From an uncultured Sphingomonadaceae bacterium (GTDB lineage Bacteria; Pseudomonadota; Alphaproteobacteria; Sphingomonadales; Sphingomonadaceae), in NCBI GenBank assembly GCA_947501695.1, contig CANMWO010000002.1, positions 573,327 to 637,326 on the forward strand: 64,000 nucleotides of DNA. Reading direction: 5' to 3'. This document shows positions 38,109-46,598 of the stretch, piece after piece; the stretch's first letter is position 1, and every line of letters begins with the position of its first letter. The notes beneath the pieces were generated by a model. The model saw only the letters and a list, made by a program, of their open reading frames with translations, did not search any database and had not been told where the DNA came from. A program made the translations under genes and the position numbers.

Positions 38109-39197
38109 TCATTGCAACTTATCGACGATTGGGGCATCTTCCGCTTGCCAATTCTTTTCCGACGCAAAGCGAAACGACGGCCCAATCTGATGGCTACCAT
38201 GGGCCTCGATCAATAGGCCGCGCTCGCGTAGGAAATCCTGATCCAGTGCGTCCCGAAAATCGAGAACGGGGGAGAAAGCAACATCCTTATCGGCGAACCA
38301 AGCGACCCATTCATCACGGCTTTTGGTTGCGAAGGTTCCGCGCAAATAGGCAATTAGGGGCGCTTGCCCGGCGCCGGGCTCAGCCTCGGCGAGTGGCAAT
38401 AAATCTATTCTATCCAATGCTTTAAGAAGGTTTCGCGCGAATTTTATTTCCCGAGCGCCAAGCACGACATGCTTGCCATCGGCGGTTTCGTAAACATTGT
38501 AAAAGGCCGCGCCACCCAGAGAGCGTTGTGATTGAGATTGTGGTGATGCGCCTCCGGAAATGGCCGACCCAGCGGTATGGGCACACCAAGGGAGCATGGA
38601 GTCAAACATCGCGATATCGATATAGTCGCCCTCGCCCGATTTCTCCCGACCGATCAACGCCATAAGCACCGCTGACAAACCATTCAGACCAGCGGCCATA
38701 TCCGCTGAAGGCACACCGGGTACCACCGGCGTTCCGTCCGCACCATCGTTGACCGACAGAAAGCCGGACAGGGCCTGCACTGCGAGGTCATGCGCGGGAT
38801 GTTGCGCCATTTCGCCCTCTTGCCCAAAGGCAGAGATAGAACAATAGACAAGCTTCGGAAAGCGCGCCGATACAGCTCCGTAGTCAAAACCGAGCCGCTT
38901 CATCACACCGGGCCGAAATCCCTCGATCATCACGTCAGCATCCGCCAACAAATCCCACAACTGCGCTCGACCTTCGTCGGATTTGAGATCCAGCGTCAGC
39001 GCCTGCTTGCCGCGATTGAGATTGCGGAACCAAACCGATTGACCCGCTTCCATTGGTTCCATTGTCCGCGCAGGATCGCCAGCAGGCGGCTCGACCTTGA
39101 TCACTTCAGCGCCATGGTCGGCCATCATCATGCTGAGCATCGGGCCCGGCAGAAAAAGCGAGAGGTCAATGACCTTGATACCCGTTAGCTTGGCCAT
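38109..39197 (-). CDS. CaiB/BaiF family III CoA transferase
   Basis: VIDLSLFLPGP, VIKVEPPAGDPAR, NLNRGK, EGFRPGV, AHDLAVQALSG. Confidence 0.92.
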   Translation of the reverse strand: MAKLTGIKVIDLSLFLPGPMLSMMMADHGAEVIKVEPPAGDPARTMEPMEAGQSVWFRNLNRGKQALTLDLKSDEGRAQLWDLLADADVMIEGFRPGVMKRLGFDYGAVSARFPKLVYCSISAFGQEGEMAQHPAHDLAVQALSGFLSVNDGADGTPVVPGVPSADMAAGLNGLSAVLMALIGREKSGEGDYIDIAMFDSMLPWCAHTAGSAISGGASPQSQSQRSLGGAAFYNVYETADGKHVVLGAREIKFARNLLKALDRIDLLPLAEAEPGAGQAPLIAYLRGTFATKSRDEWVAWFADKDVAFSPVLDFRDALDQDFLRERGLLIEAHGSHQIGPSFRFASEKNWQAEDAPIVDKLQ

Positions 39198-39204
39198 TGG
39201 AGTT

Positions 39205-40398
39205 TCAGACTATCCCTTTCGCGCGCAGATCCGCAATCGCATCCGCATCATAACCAGCCTCGGCCAATACCGCATCACTGTCAGCGCCGAGCAATGGCCC
39301 CGCGCGGTTCGGCAAACGTTCGCCATTCAATTTGATCGGGCTGGACAATACATTCATGTCCGCGCGATCCGGATGGCTGACTGTATCACGCATGCCGATG
39401 GTTTTCAGCCAAGGACTATCCAGCGCCTGATCTAAACCATAAACGGGGGCGATAGGCATCAATCCCTGAAGCAATTCCAGCCAATGCGCCACCGGCTGGG
39501 CAGCAAAAACCTCACCCAACAGATCCGAAAGCGCCGCGCGATTGGTCAGGCGATTGGCCGGTGTATCAAAGCGCGGGTCGGTGATGAGCGCTTCGTAACC
39601 AATCCGCTCACACAGGATCGTCCAGAATTTCGGCAACTGTGCCATGACAAACATCCAGCCATCCGCCGCCTTGAACATCTGACTGGGCGTCGCCGAAGGA
39701 TGGGCACCATAAGGCGCGCGGCCCGTGACATCCTGTTCATTCATATACCAAAGTGCTGGATAGCTGGTCTGATGCACAGCCGCCGATAACAGATCGACAT
39801 CGACATCACAGCCTTCGCCGGACCGCTGCGAATCCAGCAAGGCAGCGAGCAAACCAACGGCAGCCATCGTGCCCGTCATGAAATCCACCATCGACAGGCC
39901 AAAGCGCACCGGCGGCCCATCGGGATCACCGGTTAGCGCGCAGAAACCGGCTTCGGCCTGCATCAAATAGTCATAGCCCGGCCATTTCGACCGTTCATTG
40001 CCGCGACCATAGGCGGAGATATGCGCGCAAACGATCGCGGGATTAACCGCTTTCAATGCGTCATAGTTCAGGCCAACTTTATCCGGCACGTCACCGCGCA
40101 GATTATTCGCTACGACATGCGCGTCCTTAGCGAGATCATGCAGCACCTTCTGGCCTTCATCAGTCCGCAGGTCGAGGGTGAGCGAACGCTTGTTGAGATT
40201 GAAACTTTGAAAATAGAGGCTTTCCTGTTCGCGCAACCAGTGCGGCCCAACATGCCGCGCCGTGTCGCCACCTTTTGGCGGTTCGATCTTAATGACGTCA
40301 GCGCCCATTTGCGCTAGGAACATGGTGCCATAAGGACCGGCACCATATTGTTCCGCGGAAAGAACGCGAAAGCCTTTGAGGGGTTGTTTTACGCTCAC
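39205..40398 (-). CDS. CaiB/BaiF family III CoA transferase (second, tandem)
   Basis: EQYGAGPYG, GADVIKIEPP.GGD, FNLNKRS, GYDYLMQAEAG. Confidence 0.92.
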   Translation of the reverse strand: MSVKQPLKGFRVLSAEQYGAGPYGTMFLAQMGADVIKIEPPKGGDTARHVGPHWLREQESLYFQSFNLNKRSLTLDLRTDEGQKVLHDLAKDAHVVANNLRGDVPDKVGLNYDALKAVNPAIVCAHISAYGRGNERSKWPGYDYLMQAEAGFCALTGDPDGPPVRFGLSMVDFMTGTMAAVGLLAALLDSQRSGEGCDVDVDLLSAAVHQTSYPALWYMNEQDVTGRAPYGAHPSATPSQMFKAADGWMFVMAQLPKFWTILCERIGYEALITDPRFDTPANRLTNRAALSDLLGEVFAAQPVAHWLELLQGLMPIAPVYGLDQALDSPWLKTIGMRDTVSHPDRADMNVLSSPIKLNGERLPNRAGPLLGADSDAVLAEAGYDADAIADLRAKGIV

Positions 40399-41573
40399 GC
40401 AGGGTTCCTCTTAACCCACTGTTTGGAAATGATCATTCGCTGCATCTCATTGGTACCCTCGCCAATGCACATGAGCAATGAATCGCGATAATAGCGTTCA
40501 ATCTCATATTCTTTGGAATAAGCATAGCCGCCATGGACGCGCATCGATTCCTCGGAATTGCGGACCGCCGCTTCCGAGGCAAAATATTTCGCCATACCTG
40601 CTTCCAGATCACAGCGTTCGCCGCGATCATAAGCTTCGGCAGCATCCAGCGTCAGCAAGCGCGCAGCCCGCGCCCGCGTTACCATTTCGCCGAGCTTCAA
40701 CTGGATCGCCTGATGGTCGGCTATCGGTTTGCCCATGGTCTCGCGCAGCTGCGCATATTCCGTCGCCAACCGCAACGAGCCCTCCGCCAAGCCAACGCCG
40801 CGTGCGGCCACATTGATCCTGCCAAGTTCCAGACCACCAGTGGCCTGAAAAAAACCTTGCCCTTCAACGCCGCCGATCAGGTTCTCGGCGGGAATACGAT
40901 AATTGTCGAACATCAACTCTGCGCTGTCGATACTGTTATAACCGAGTTTCTTGAACTTCTTGCCAACTGTAAAGCCCTCGCCCTTGGGCGCGATCATAAG
41001 GCTCATACCTTTGTAGCGCGGGTCCGCTTTCGGATCGGTTTTAACCAGCAGCGCAAAACAGCTGCCATTGATGCCGTTAGAAATCCAAGTCTTGGTACCG
41101 TTGATCACATAATCATCGCCATCCCTTACGGCAGTCGTGCGGATCGCCTGCAAATCGGTACCCGCATTGGGCTCAGTCAAAGCCAGTCCGCCGCGAATTT
41201 CACCGCTGGCAAATTTGGGTAGCCATTTGGCTTTTTGCTCGGCCGTGCCAAAACGCTCGACCGCACAGGCCATGATCAGGTGCGAATTGAAAATGCCAGT
41301 GATCGCCATCCAGTGAGACGCGATCTCGGCAACAATTTTCGCATAGCTGGTCGCCGGTAAGCCCAGGCCTCCATATTGCTCGCCGATAGTGGCACCGAAC
41401 AATCCCATGTCAGCCATTTCACCAACAAGCTGTTCGGGCCATTTATCCTCATGATCATGTTCCATGACCACGGGCTTTACCGAACGCATAATCCATTTCT
41501 GGATCGCATCCATGAAAGCCTGTTCCTCTTCCGGGTCAATCATATGCTGCGCAGTATCAATTGCCGTTGCCAT
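40395..41573 (-). CDS. acyl-CoA dehydrogenase
   Basis: LALTEPNAGTDL, INGTKTWISNG, GRINVAARGVG, RVHGGYAYSKEY.IERYYRD, IGEGTNEMQR. Confidence 0.93.
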   Translation of the reverse strand: MATAIDTAQHMIDPEEEQAFMDAIQKWIMRSVKPVVMEHDHEDKWPEQLVGEMADMGLFGATIGEQYGGLGLPATSYAKIVAEIASHWMAITGIFNSHLIMACAVERFGTAEQKAKWLPKFASGEIRGGLALTEPNAGTDLQAIRTTAVRDGDDYVINGTKTWISNGINGSCFALLVKTDPKADPRYKGMSLMIAPKGEGFTVGKKFKKLGYNSIDSAELMFDNYRIPAENLIGGVEGQGFFQATGGLELGRINVAARGVGLAEGSLRLATEYAQLRETMGKPIADHQAIQLKLGEMVTRARAARLLTLDAAEAYDRGERCDLEAGMAKYFASEAAVRNSEESMRVHGGYAYSKEYEIERYYRDSLLMCIGEGTNEMQRMIISKQWVKRNPA

Positions 41574-41652
41574 TATCGTCGCTCCTGAATATCTTAAAAT
41601 TGGGGCCCCTCCCCCATTTTATTCTAGTCGCCAGCCTATTTAGTTGGCCGGT

Positions 41653-42162
41653 TTAATCGTCGGCTCCGCCAAATCCGCGTTTCCAGATCAGCATCGTGCG
41701 TTCAAAAGTACACACAACTTTATCATCCTGATTTTTGCCAATGGTCTTAATTGTTACGATGCCCTGCTCCGGTCGCGAGGCGGACTCTTTTTTGTTCAGA
41801 ACTTCGCTTTCGGCGTAAAGCGTGTCGCCGGGAAATAGCGGATGAGTAAGGCGGATTTTATCCCAACCCAAATTGGCCACGGCTTTCTGGCTGGTATCCG
41901 AAACGCTCATTCCAACCATCAATGCAACAGTCAACGGAGAGCAGACCAAAGGCTTTTTGAACTCGGTTTTCTTGGCAAATTCATAATCGAAATGCGCCGG
42001 ATGGGTGTTCATTGTCAGCAAAGTGAAATGCACATTGTCGGTATCGGTGATCGTCCGGCCGGGACGATGCTCATAGATATGACCGACTTCAAAATCTTCA
42101 TAATAACGCCCGAAAGTTTCGCGGAAACGTCCCGGGCTGACTTCAATTACTCCATCACGCAT
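41653..42162 (-). CDS. MaoC-family (R)-specific hydratase/dehydratase (itaconyl-CoA hydratase/RipB-like)
   Basis: GRYYEDFEVG.IYEHRPGRTITDTDN..FTLLTMNTHPAHFD, ANLGWD, PLFPGDTLY. Confidence 0.88.
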   Translation of the reverse strand: MRDGVIEVSPGRFRETFGRYYEDFEVGHIYEHRPGRTITDTDNVHFTLLTMNTHPAHFDYEFAKKTEFKKPLVCSPLTVALMVGMSVSDTSQKAVANLGWDKIRLTHPLFPGDTLYAESEVLNKKESASRPEQGIVTIKTIGKNQDDKVVCTFERTMLIWKRGFGGADD

Positions 42163-42197
42163 GTATTTATCCTTATCTGTAAAATCGATTTAAATGT

Positions 42198-43007
42198 TCA
42201 GGCCGTAGCAACGACATGACGATATCGTTGCATAACCGGTGCTTCCAACATACGGCCATTATGACTAATTGCTTTGCCGCCAGCTTCATCAAATGCATTG
42301 ATCGCATCTATGGCTTCGGTTATTTCGGCAGCCGTAGGTTTCATTGCGGTTGCAATGGCGGAAATTTGCTTGGGATGGATAGCTGCTTTGGCATGAAAAC
42401 CCATCGCCTTCGCTTTGCGGGATTCTTCTTCCAAACCCGCTTCGTTGCCCATATCAATATAGGGCACATCAATCGCAGTTACAGCAGCCGAGGCGCAGCA
42501 TAATATGAACCCCCCACGCGCTGCCAAAAGTGGTTCCCATTCGAGCTTAGTTCCAAGCTCAGCAGAAAAATCACCGCCGCCGAACATCATAGCGGTAACC
42601 CCGGCACTCGCGGCAATAGCATCTCCTGCGCGCAGTCCTTTGACCGTTTCGATAAGCGGGACCAGACCATCTATCCGGTCACCCATAATAGCGTGAACAA
42701 TTTCAACCTCTGTTGGACTTTCCACCATCGGCAGAAAAATCAAAGAAGGAAGATGTTTTGCTGTGGATAGCGCGAGCAAGTCAGCGAGACCGGCTGCGGT
42801 TTTAAGACCATTGATTCGCACCGCTGTTTTCGAACGATCGAGTGTATTTAATGCGTCCAGAACGGATTCGCGTGCACTGTCTTTCTGATCCGCAGGGACC
42901 GAATCCTCCAGATCGATACAGATCAGATCAGCATCGCTATTCGCTGCTTTTTCAAAGCGTTCAGGGCGATTGGCAGGTACAAAAAGGAAGTTGGTAAAAC
43001 CGGACAT
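42198..43007 (-). CDS. CitE/HpcH-family CoA-ester lyase (citramalyl-/malyl-CoA lyase-like)
   Basis: LFVPANRPERFEKA, IDLEDSVP, VRING, PLIET..G, FGGGDFSAELG, GFHAKAAIHPKQ, GRMLEAP. Confidence 0.9.
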   Translation of the reverse strand: MSGFTNFLFVPANRPERFEKAANSDADLICIDLEDSVPADQKDSARESVLDALNTLDRSKTAVRINGLKTAAGLADLLALSTAKHLPSLIFLPMVESPTEVEIVHAIMGDRIDGLVPLIETVKGLRAGDAIAASAGVTAMMFGGGDFSAELGTKLEWEPLLAARGGFILCCASAAVTAIDVPYIDMGNEAGLEEESRKAKAMGFHAKAAIHPKQISAIATAMKPTAAEITEAIDAINAFDEAGGKAISHNGRMLEAPVMQRYRHVVATA

Positions 43008-43049
43008 AAGTTCCATTATCATGATTGATTGATATTGCCTCTTCACAAT

Positions 43050-43061
43050 TTGTCCGGACAA
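43050..43061. promoter_or_regulatory. operator site 6 (TTGTCCGGACAA)
   Basis: Exact palindrome in the divergent gap between citE-like (-) and DUF1838-like (+). Confidence 0.85.
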
Positions 43062-43131
43062 ATCTAAAGTCAACTAGAAAGTGAAATTAATTGCATTATC
43101 ACTGGACGTAACTTTTAGGGAGAAGCGTGAA

Positions 43132-44040
43132 ATGAATCGATTTTTGAAGCAGACGGCTTTGGCGACAATGGTGGCATCTTTTGCCTTCAGCACCCCATCA
43201 TCCGCGCGAACGCTGGATCCGAAAAAACCCGAAGATGCTCTGGAAATTATGAAACGCACGCAGTGTGGCACGGCTGATGGTGTGCCGGCTGTTTATCACT
43301 GGTCAGGCAAAGTCTATTCTCGCGTTCAGGGCGAACCTGACAAGCACTTATATAATGGCGAAGGAATGAACATCCGCCAGTGTGTGAAGATAGAAAACCC
43401 CAAACGCGGTGTCGGTTACCGGCAGGTCAGTCGCGAAGTAATGTTTTATCTCGATCCCAAGACCAATGAAGTGCTGCGCACCTGGGACAATCCGTGGACC
43501 GGAGAGACAGTCAAGGTCATGCAGATTGCTAATGATCCAGTGAACAGCCGCCCCAACTATCCCTATCGCGCCGACGGCACGCCTTATACGCTTCCCAACA
43601 TCCGCACACAGGGCAACTGGATGTTCATGCCGATCGAAGTACCGCTTTTCTATCACAATGTGCTCGCGGGCGATTATCAGGATTATGTCGGAAACAAATA
43701 TCATGCGATGGAGATTTTCGATTTCACCATGCTAGCGGACGAAATGCTCGATACCAAGAACCCGACCGCCTATCCGTCGATCAGCTGGGTGCGCATTTCC
43801 GATTGGATGCCGTGGATGAAAATGCGCGGACGGCAGGGGCAAATGGTCTTCAACGCTATGGGAGCGAAGCTGAAAAGCTATGATGAGCTACCCAAGGTGA
43901 TCAAGGATGAAATTGCGCTCAACTATCCCGAATATACCGCTCCGCCGCCGGGCGACGATCCGCGCAAGAACGAAACCACCTGGACGGTGTTCAAAGAGAT
44001 GATTGATGCGGAACGGGCCGCAGAAGAAACCAAAAAATAA
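43132..44040 (+). CDS. exported DUF1838-like protein
   Basis: Signal peptide; YHWSGKVYSR, EGMNIRQC, SREVMFYLDPKT.EVL.TWDNPWTGETV.V..IANDPVN match DUF1838 as I recall it. Confidence 0.78.
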   Translation: MNRFLKQTALATMVASFAFSTPSSARTLDPKKPEDALEIMKRTQCGTADGVPAVYHWSGKVYSRVQGEPDKHLYNGEGMNIRQCVKIENPKRGVGYRQVSREVMFYLDPKTNEVLRTWDNPWTGETVKVMQIANDPVNSRPNYPYRADGTPYTLPNIRTQGNWMFMPIEVPLFYHNVLAGDYQDYVGNKYHAMEIFDFTMLADEMLDTKNPTAYPSISWVRISDWMPWMKMRGRQGQMVFNAMGAKLKSYDELPKVIKDEIALNYPEYTAPPPGDDPRKNETTWTVFKEMIDAERAAEETKK

Positions 44041-44066
44041 CGCTTCCTAAAAGAGTTTTCTCCCTC

Positions 44067-44098
44067 GGGGTCGGCCGCGTTGGTCGGCCTCTTTTTTT
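44067..44098 (+). terminator. intrinsic terminator
   Basis: ggggtcggcc-gcgtt-ggtcggcctc stem (with G-U pairs) followed by 7 T. Confidence 0.7.
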
Positions 44099-44101
44099 GT
44101 C

Positions 44102-44788
44102 CTAAAACGGTTTAATATTTCCAAGAAATGCGGTTGCGACCAGCAACAGATAGACCATCCAGACCCAGATTCGGGTCGTGTCCATCGTCTTGCGCAGCGG
44201 TATCTCGGTAGCGTCTGACGACCCCTCGGCTATCAGCTTACCGAGCTGCCCGCCGACAGGCTTGAAAGCAACATCAATCATGATTGCTGCGGCAAAGATC
44301 AACCCGAACATCAGCGCTTTGGTTGCCAGCCAAACCGGCATAAGGGGCTCGCCTTGCGTCAGCGACAGGATTCCGAGGCCGAGGTAAAAGACGGTGAGTG
44401 CGATTCTTAGCACGGATTCGATTTTGCGGTCACGGGCAGCACGCTCTGTCTGGTCATGATGGTGCGCATCCCACACCAGCCATATCCAGAAAGCACCGAC
44501 GGCCCAGGACAAAGCCACGGCCCAACCAGGCAAATCCCACCAGCCGCCAGCATCAACCATGGTGATCGTCAGCGGCACCATCAAAGCCCATGCAGTACGT
44601 GGCACCATGTCGAGATTGACCAACAATTGCAGCAGGACGAGTCGCTGCGGCAGATCATATTTGTCCCGCTTGCGAAAATGCTGACCGAGCATGAACACGC
44701 CAACATCAGCGCCGAGCCAGAGTACGAACAGGATGATATGGACGAATACCAGCAGCTGGTAGAAGGAAATATTGAATAGCTCTGTCAT
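44102..44788 (-). CDS. integral membrane protein of unknown function
   Basis: About 6 hydrophobic helices; TM1 VHIILFVLWLG (HxxxxxxWxG, reminiscent of CopD/HemJ/DUF2269-type membrane proteins). Confidence 0.7.
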   Translation of the reverse strand: MTELFNISFYQLLVFVHIILFVLWLGADVGVFMLGQHFRKRDKYDLPQRLVLLQLLVNLDMVPRTAWALMVPLTITMVDAGGWWDLPGWAVALSWAVGAFWIWLVWDAHHHDQTERAARDRKIESVLRIALTVFYLGLGILSLTQGEPLMPVWLATKALMFGLIFAAAIMIDVAFKPVGGQLGKLIAEGSSDATEIPLRKTMDTTRIWVWMVYLLLVATAFLGNIKPF

Positions 44789-44833
44789 CGCGCTGGGCCC
44801 CCGATTGTTCTTTTTCTGCAATCATAGATATAT

Positions 44834-44845
44834 ATGTCCGGACAA
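44834..44845. promoter_or_regulatory. operator site 7 (ATGTCCGGACAA)
   Basis: One mismatch; in the gap upstream of the membrane protein gene. Confidence 0.72.
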
Positions 44846-44863
44846 ATTGCAAACACCTTTGAG

Positions 44864-45331
44864 CTAGTCCAACACCCGATGTTCATCACACAAGGTCCGC
44901 TTGAACAATTGCCCATCCTTGAACCAATGCCAGGTCCGTGCGCGGTGATTATCATCATCGCCCAAACATATGATCTCATAAAAATTCGCTCCGGGATCAT
45001 CCTTGCGGTTGAGGTTAAGCAGGATCAGACCAAAATCGGTTTCCCAGCCGCAGCCATCGAAATTCTCATTGTCCCACCACAGCTTCCCATCGCGCAGAAC
45101 GCCGTTTAACGTAGAGCGATACTCGCGGCCATCATCCCACTGGAACAGGTTTTTCTGGATATAGGCATAGGGTCCCTCATGAGGAAAAATGCATTCCACG
45201 CGGGCCTTATGCTCGTCGACTAGCTGGTTGTCGGTGTCGACGTGACGGTAGATCCCGGTCCAGACACCATCATGTTTCATCATGGCCGGCATGATGTCCT
45301 TTAAAATCGCTTCACTCTGAACAACCACCAT
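44864..45331 (-). CDS. DUF3598-like beta-barrel protein
   Basis: HDGVWTGIYRH, YIQKNLFQWDDG, LWWDNE, RARTWHWFKDG...RTLCDE; clearly homologous to 63521..64000. Confidence 0.72.
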   Translation of the reverse strand: MVVVQSEAILKDIMPAMMKHDGVWTGIYRHVDTDNQLVDEHKARVECIFPHEGPYAYIQKNLFQWDDGREYRSTLNGVLRDGKLWWDNENFDGCGWETDFGLILLNLNRKDDPGANFYEIICLGDDDNHRARTWHWFKDGQLFKRTLCDEHRVLD

Positions 45332-45455
45332 CAAATATCCTCATTTCCCAACTTTATCTGGCGTCCGGTAGGCGAGATGAAATGGGCCCACCAACAACCG
45401 ATATTGGACTTTACACAGCTTTTGATTGTAATTGCCTTGCAACAAGGAATTGATC

Positions 45456-46445
45456 ATGAGCAAACCCGACCTGCGCCAGCGCTTCATTAAGCCGTCCATG
45501 GACCCTCAAAAATTGCTGCATTTTCTGTCGGTCTATGACACCGGCAGCTTTTCCCGCGCCGCAACCGACAATGATGTCAGCCAGCAAGCCGTATCCAAAA
45601 GCGTTGCAAAGCTAGAGGAAAGCCTTGGCGTAAAGCTCTTCGAACGCGGTGCCTTTGGCGCGGAACCCAATCAATTTGGCCACGCCTTGGCTCGGCGGGC
45701 GAAAGTTATCACAGCCGAAAGCCGCCTTGCCGCTGCGGAAATTAGCGCCATGCGCGGCGCTGATCGCGGCTATGTCCGTATCGGCCTGGGCTGGTCATTC
45801 CTCACCCGGATAGCGCCGATGATCATCAACCGGTTTAGCGACAAACAACCCGGCGTGACGCTGAGCATAACATCTGGCGACACCAAATCGCTCCACGAGA
45901 AACTGTTGCGCGGCGAAGTCGAGTTTGTCGCTAGCGCCCCGCCGACCGATCTGGAAATTGACAGCGCCATAGAAACTACCCAATTGTTTGAAGACCGCGA
46001 CGTCATCATGATGCGGCGCGATCATCCCCTTGCCGCCAAGTCCGATATAACACTGGAGGATCTAGCCTCACAGACCTGGTTGGTTTCCATGCAGTTACAA
46101 ATGCAATGGAACCGGATTTGCAACGTCTTCCTTGCAGCCGGCCTCGCCCCACCAGCCAAATATGTCGATATGGATTCAGTGATCCTTGCCAAATCAACCC
46201 TGTTACAAAGTGACGCGGTCATGCTGCTCGCCAAGGAGCTGTTCGCAACCGAAGAAGAACGCGCCCAATATCATATCGTTGAGGGAACCCAATTTCCTGT
46301 CGCCCGCACCGCTTATTTTGCTACCCGCCGTAACTCCGTTCTTCAGCCTGCAGCCCAGAGCCTGAAAAACGAATTGGTCGCCGCCTGCCGTGCCGTGGTC
46401 GGGATCAACCAGCTGCGCGGAATCACTGTGGCTGAAAAGCCATAG
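45456..46445 (+). CDS. LysR family transcriptional regulator
   Basis: FLSVYDTGSFSRAATDNDVSQQAVSKSVAKLEESLGVKLFER; substrate-binding domain follows. Confidence 0.93.
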   Translation: MSKPDLRQRFIKPSMDPQKLLHFLSVYDTGSFSRAATDNDVSQQAVSKSVAKLEESLGVKLFERGAFGAEPNQFGHALARRAKVITAESRLAAAEISAMRGADRGYVRIGLGWSFLTRIAPMIINRFSDKQPGVTLSITSGDTKSLHEKLLRGEVEFVASAPPTDLEIDSAIETTQLFEDRDVIMMRRDHPLAAKSDITLEDLASQTWLVSMQLQMQWNRICNVFLAAGLAPPAKYVDMDSVILAKSTLLQSDAVMLLAKELFATEEERAQYHIVEGTQFPVARTAYFATRRNSVLQPAAQSLKNELVAACRAVVGINQLRGITVAEKP

Positions 46446-46534
46446 AAACATAAAAAATCGATTTGGTTGTAGATACCGCCTAATTGGTTGTTAGCCCTCC
46501 CCCTATCAAGAAGATTAGCGCTATTTCTGCAAAT

Positions 46535-46546
46535 TTGTCTGGACAA
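46535..46546. promoter_or_regulatory. operator site 8 (TTGTCTGGACAA)
   Basis: Reverse complement of sites 3/4; 52 bp upstream of the second TonB receptor ATG. Confidence 0.8.
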
Positions 46547-46598
46547 CTTGAATGGTAATCAAGCATTCTCAGATTGTCTGGAACCAGGGAGACAAAAA

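Noticed and set aside
41596-41620. Weak hairpin aaaattgggg-cccct-cccccatttt between MaoC and ACAD genes
   Set aside because: Short imperfect stem; cannot be supported as a terminator or attenuator.
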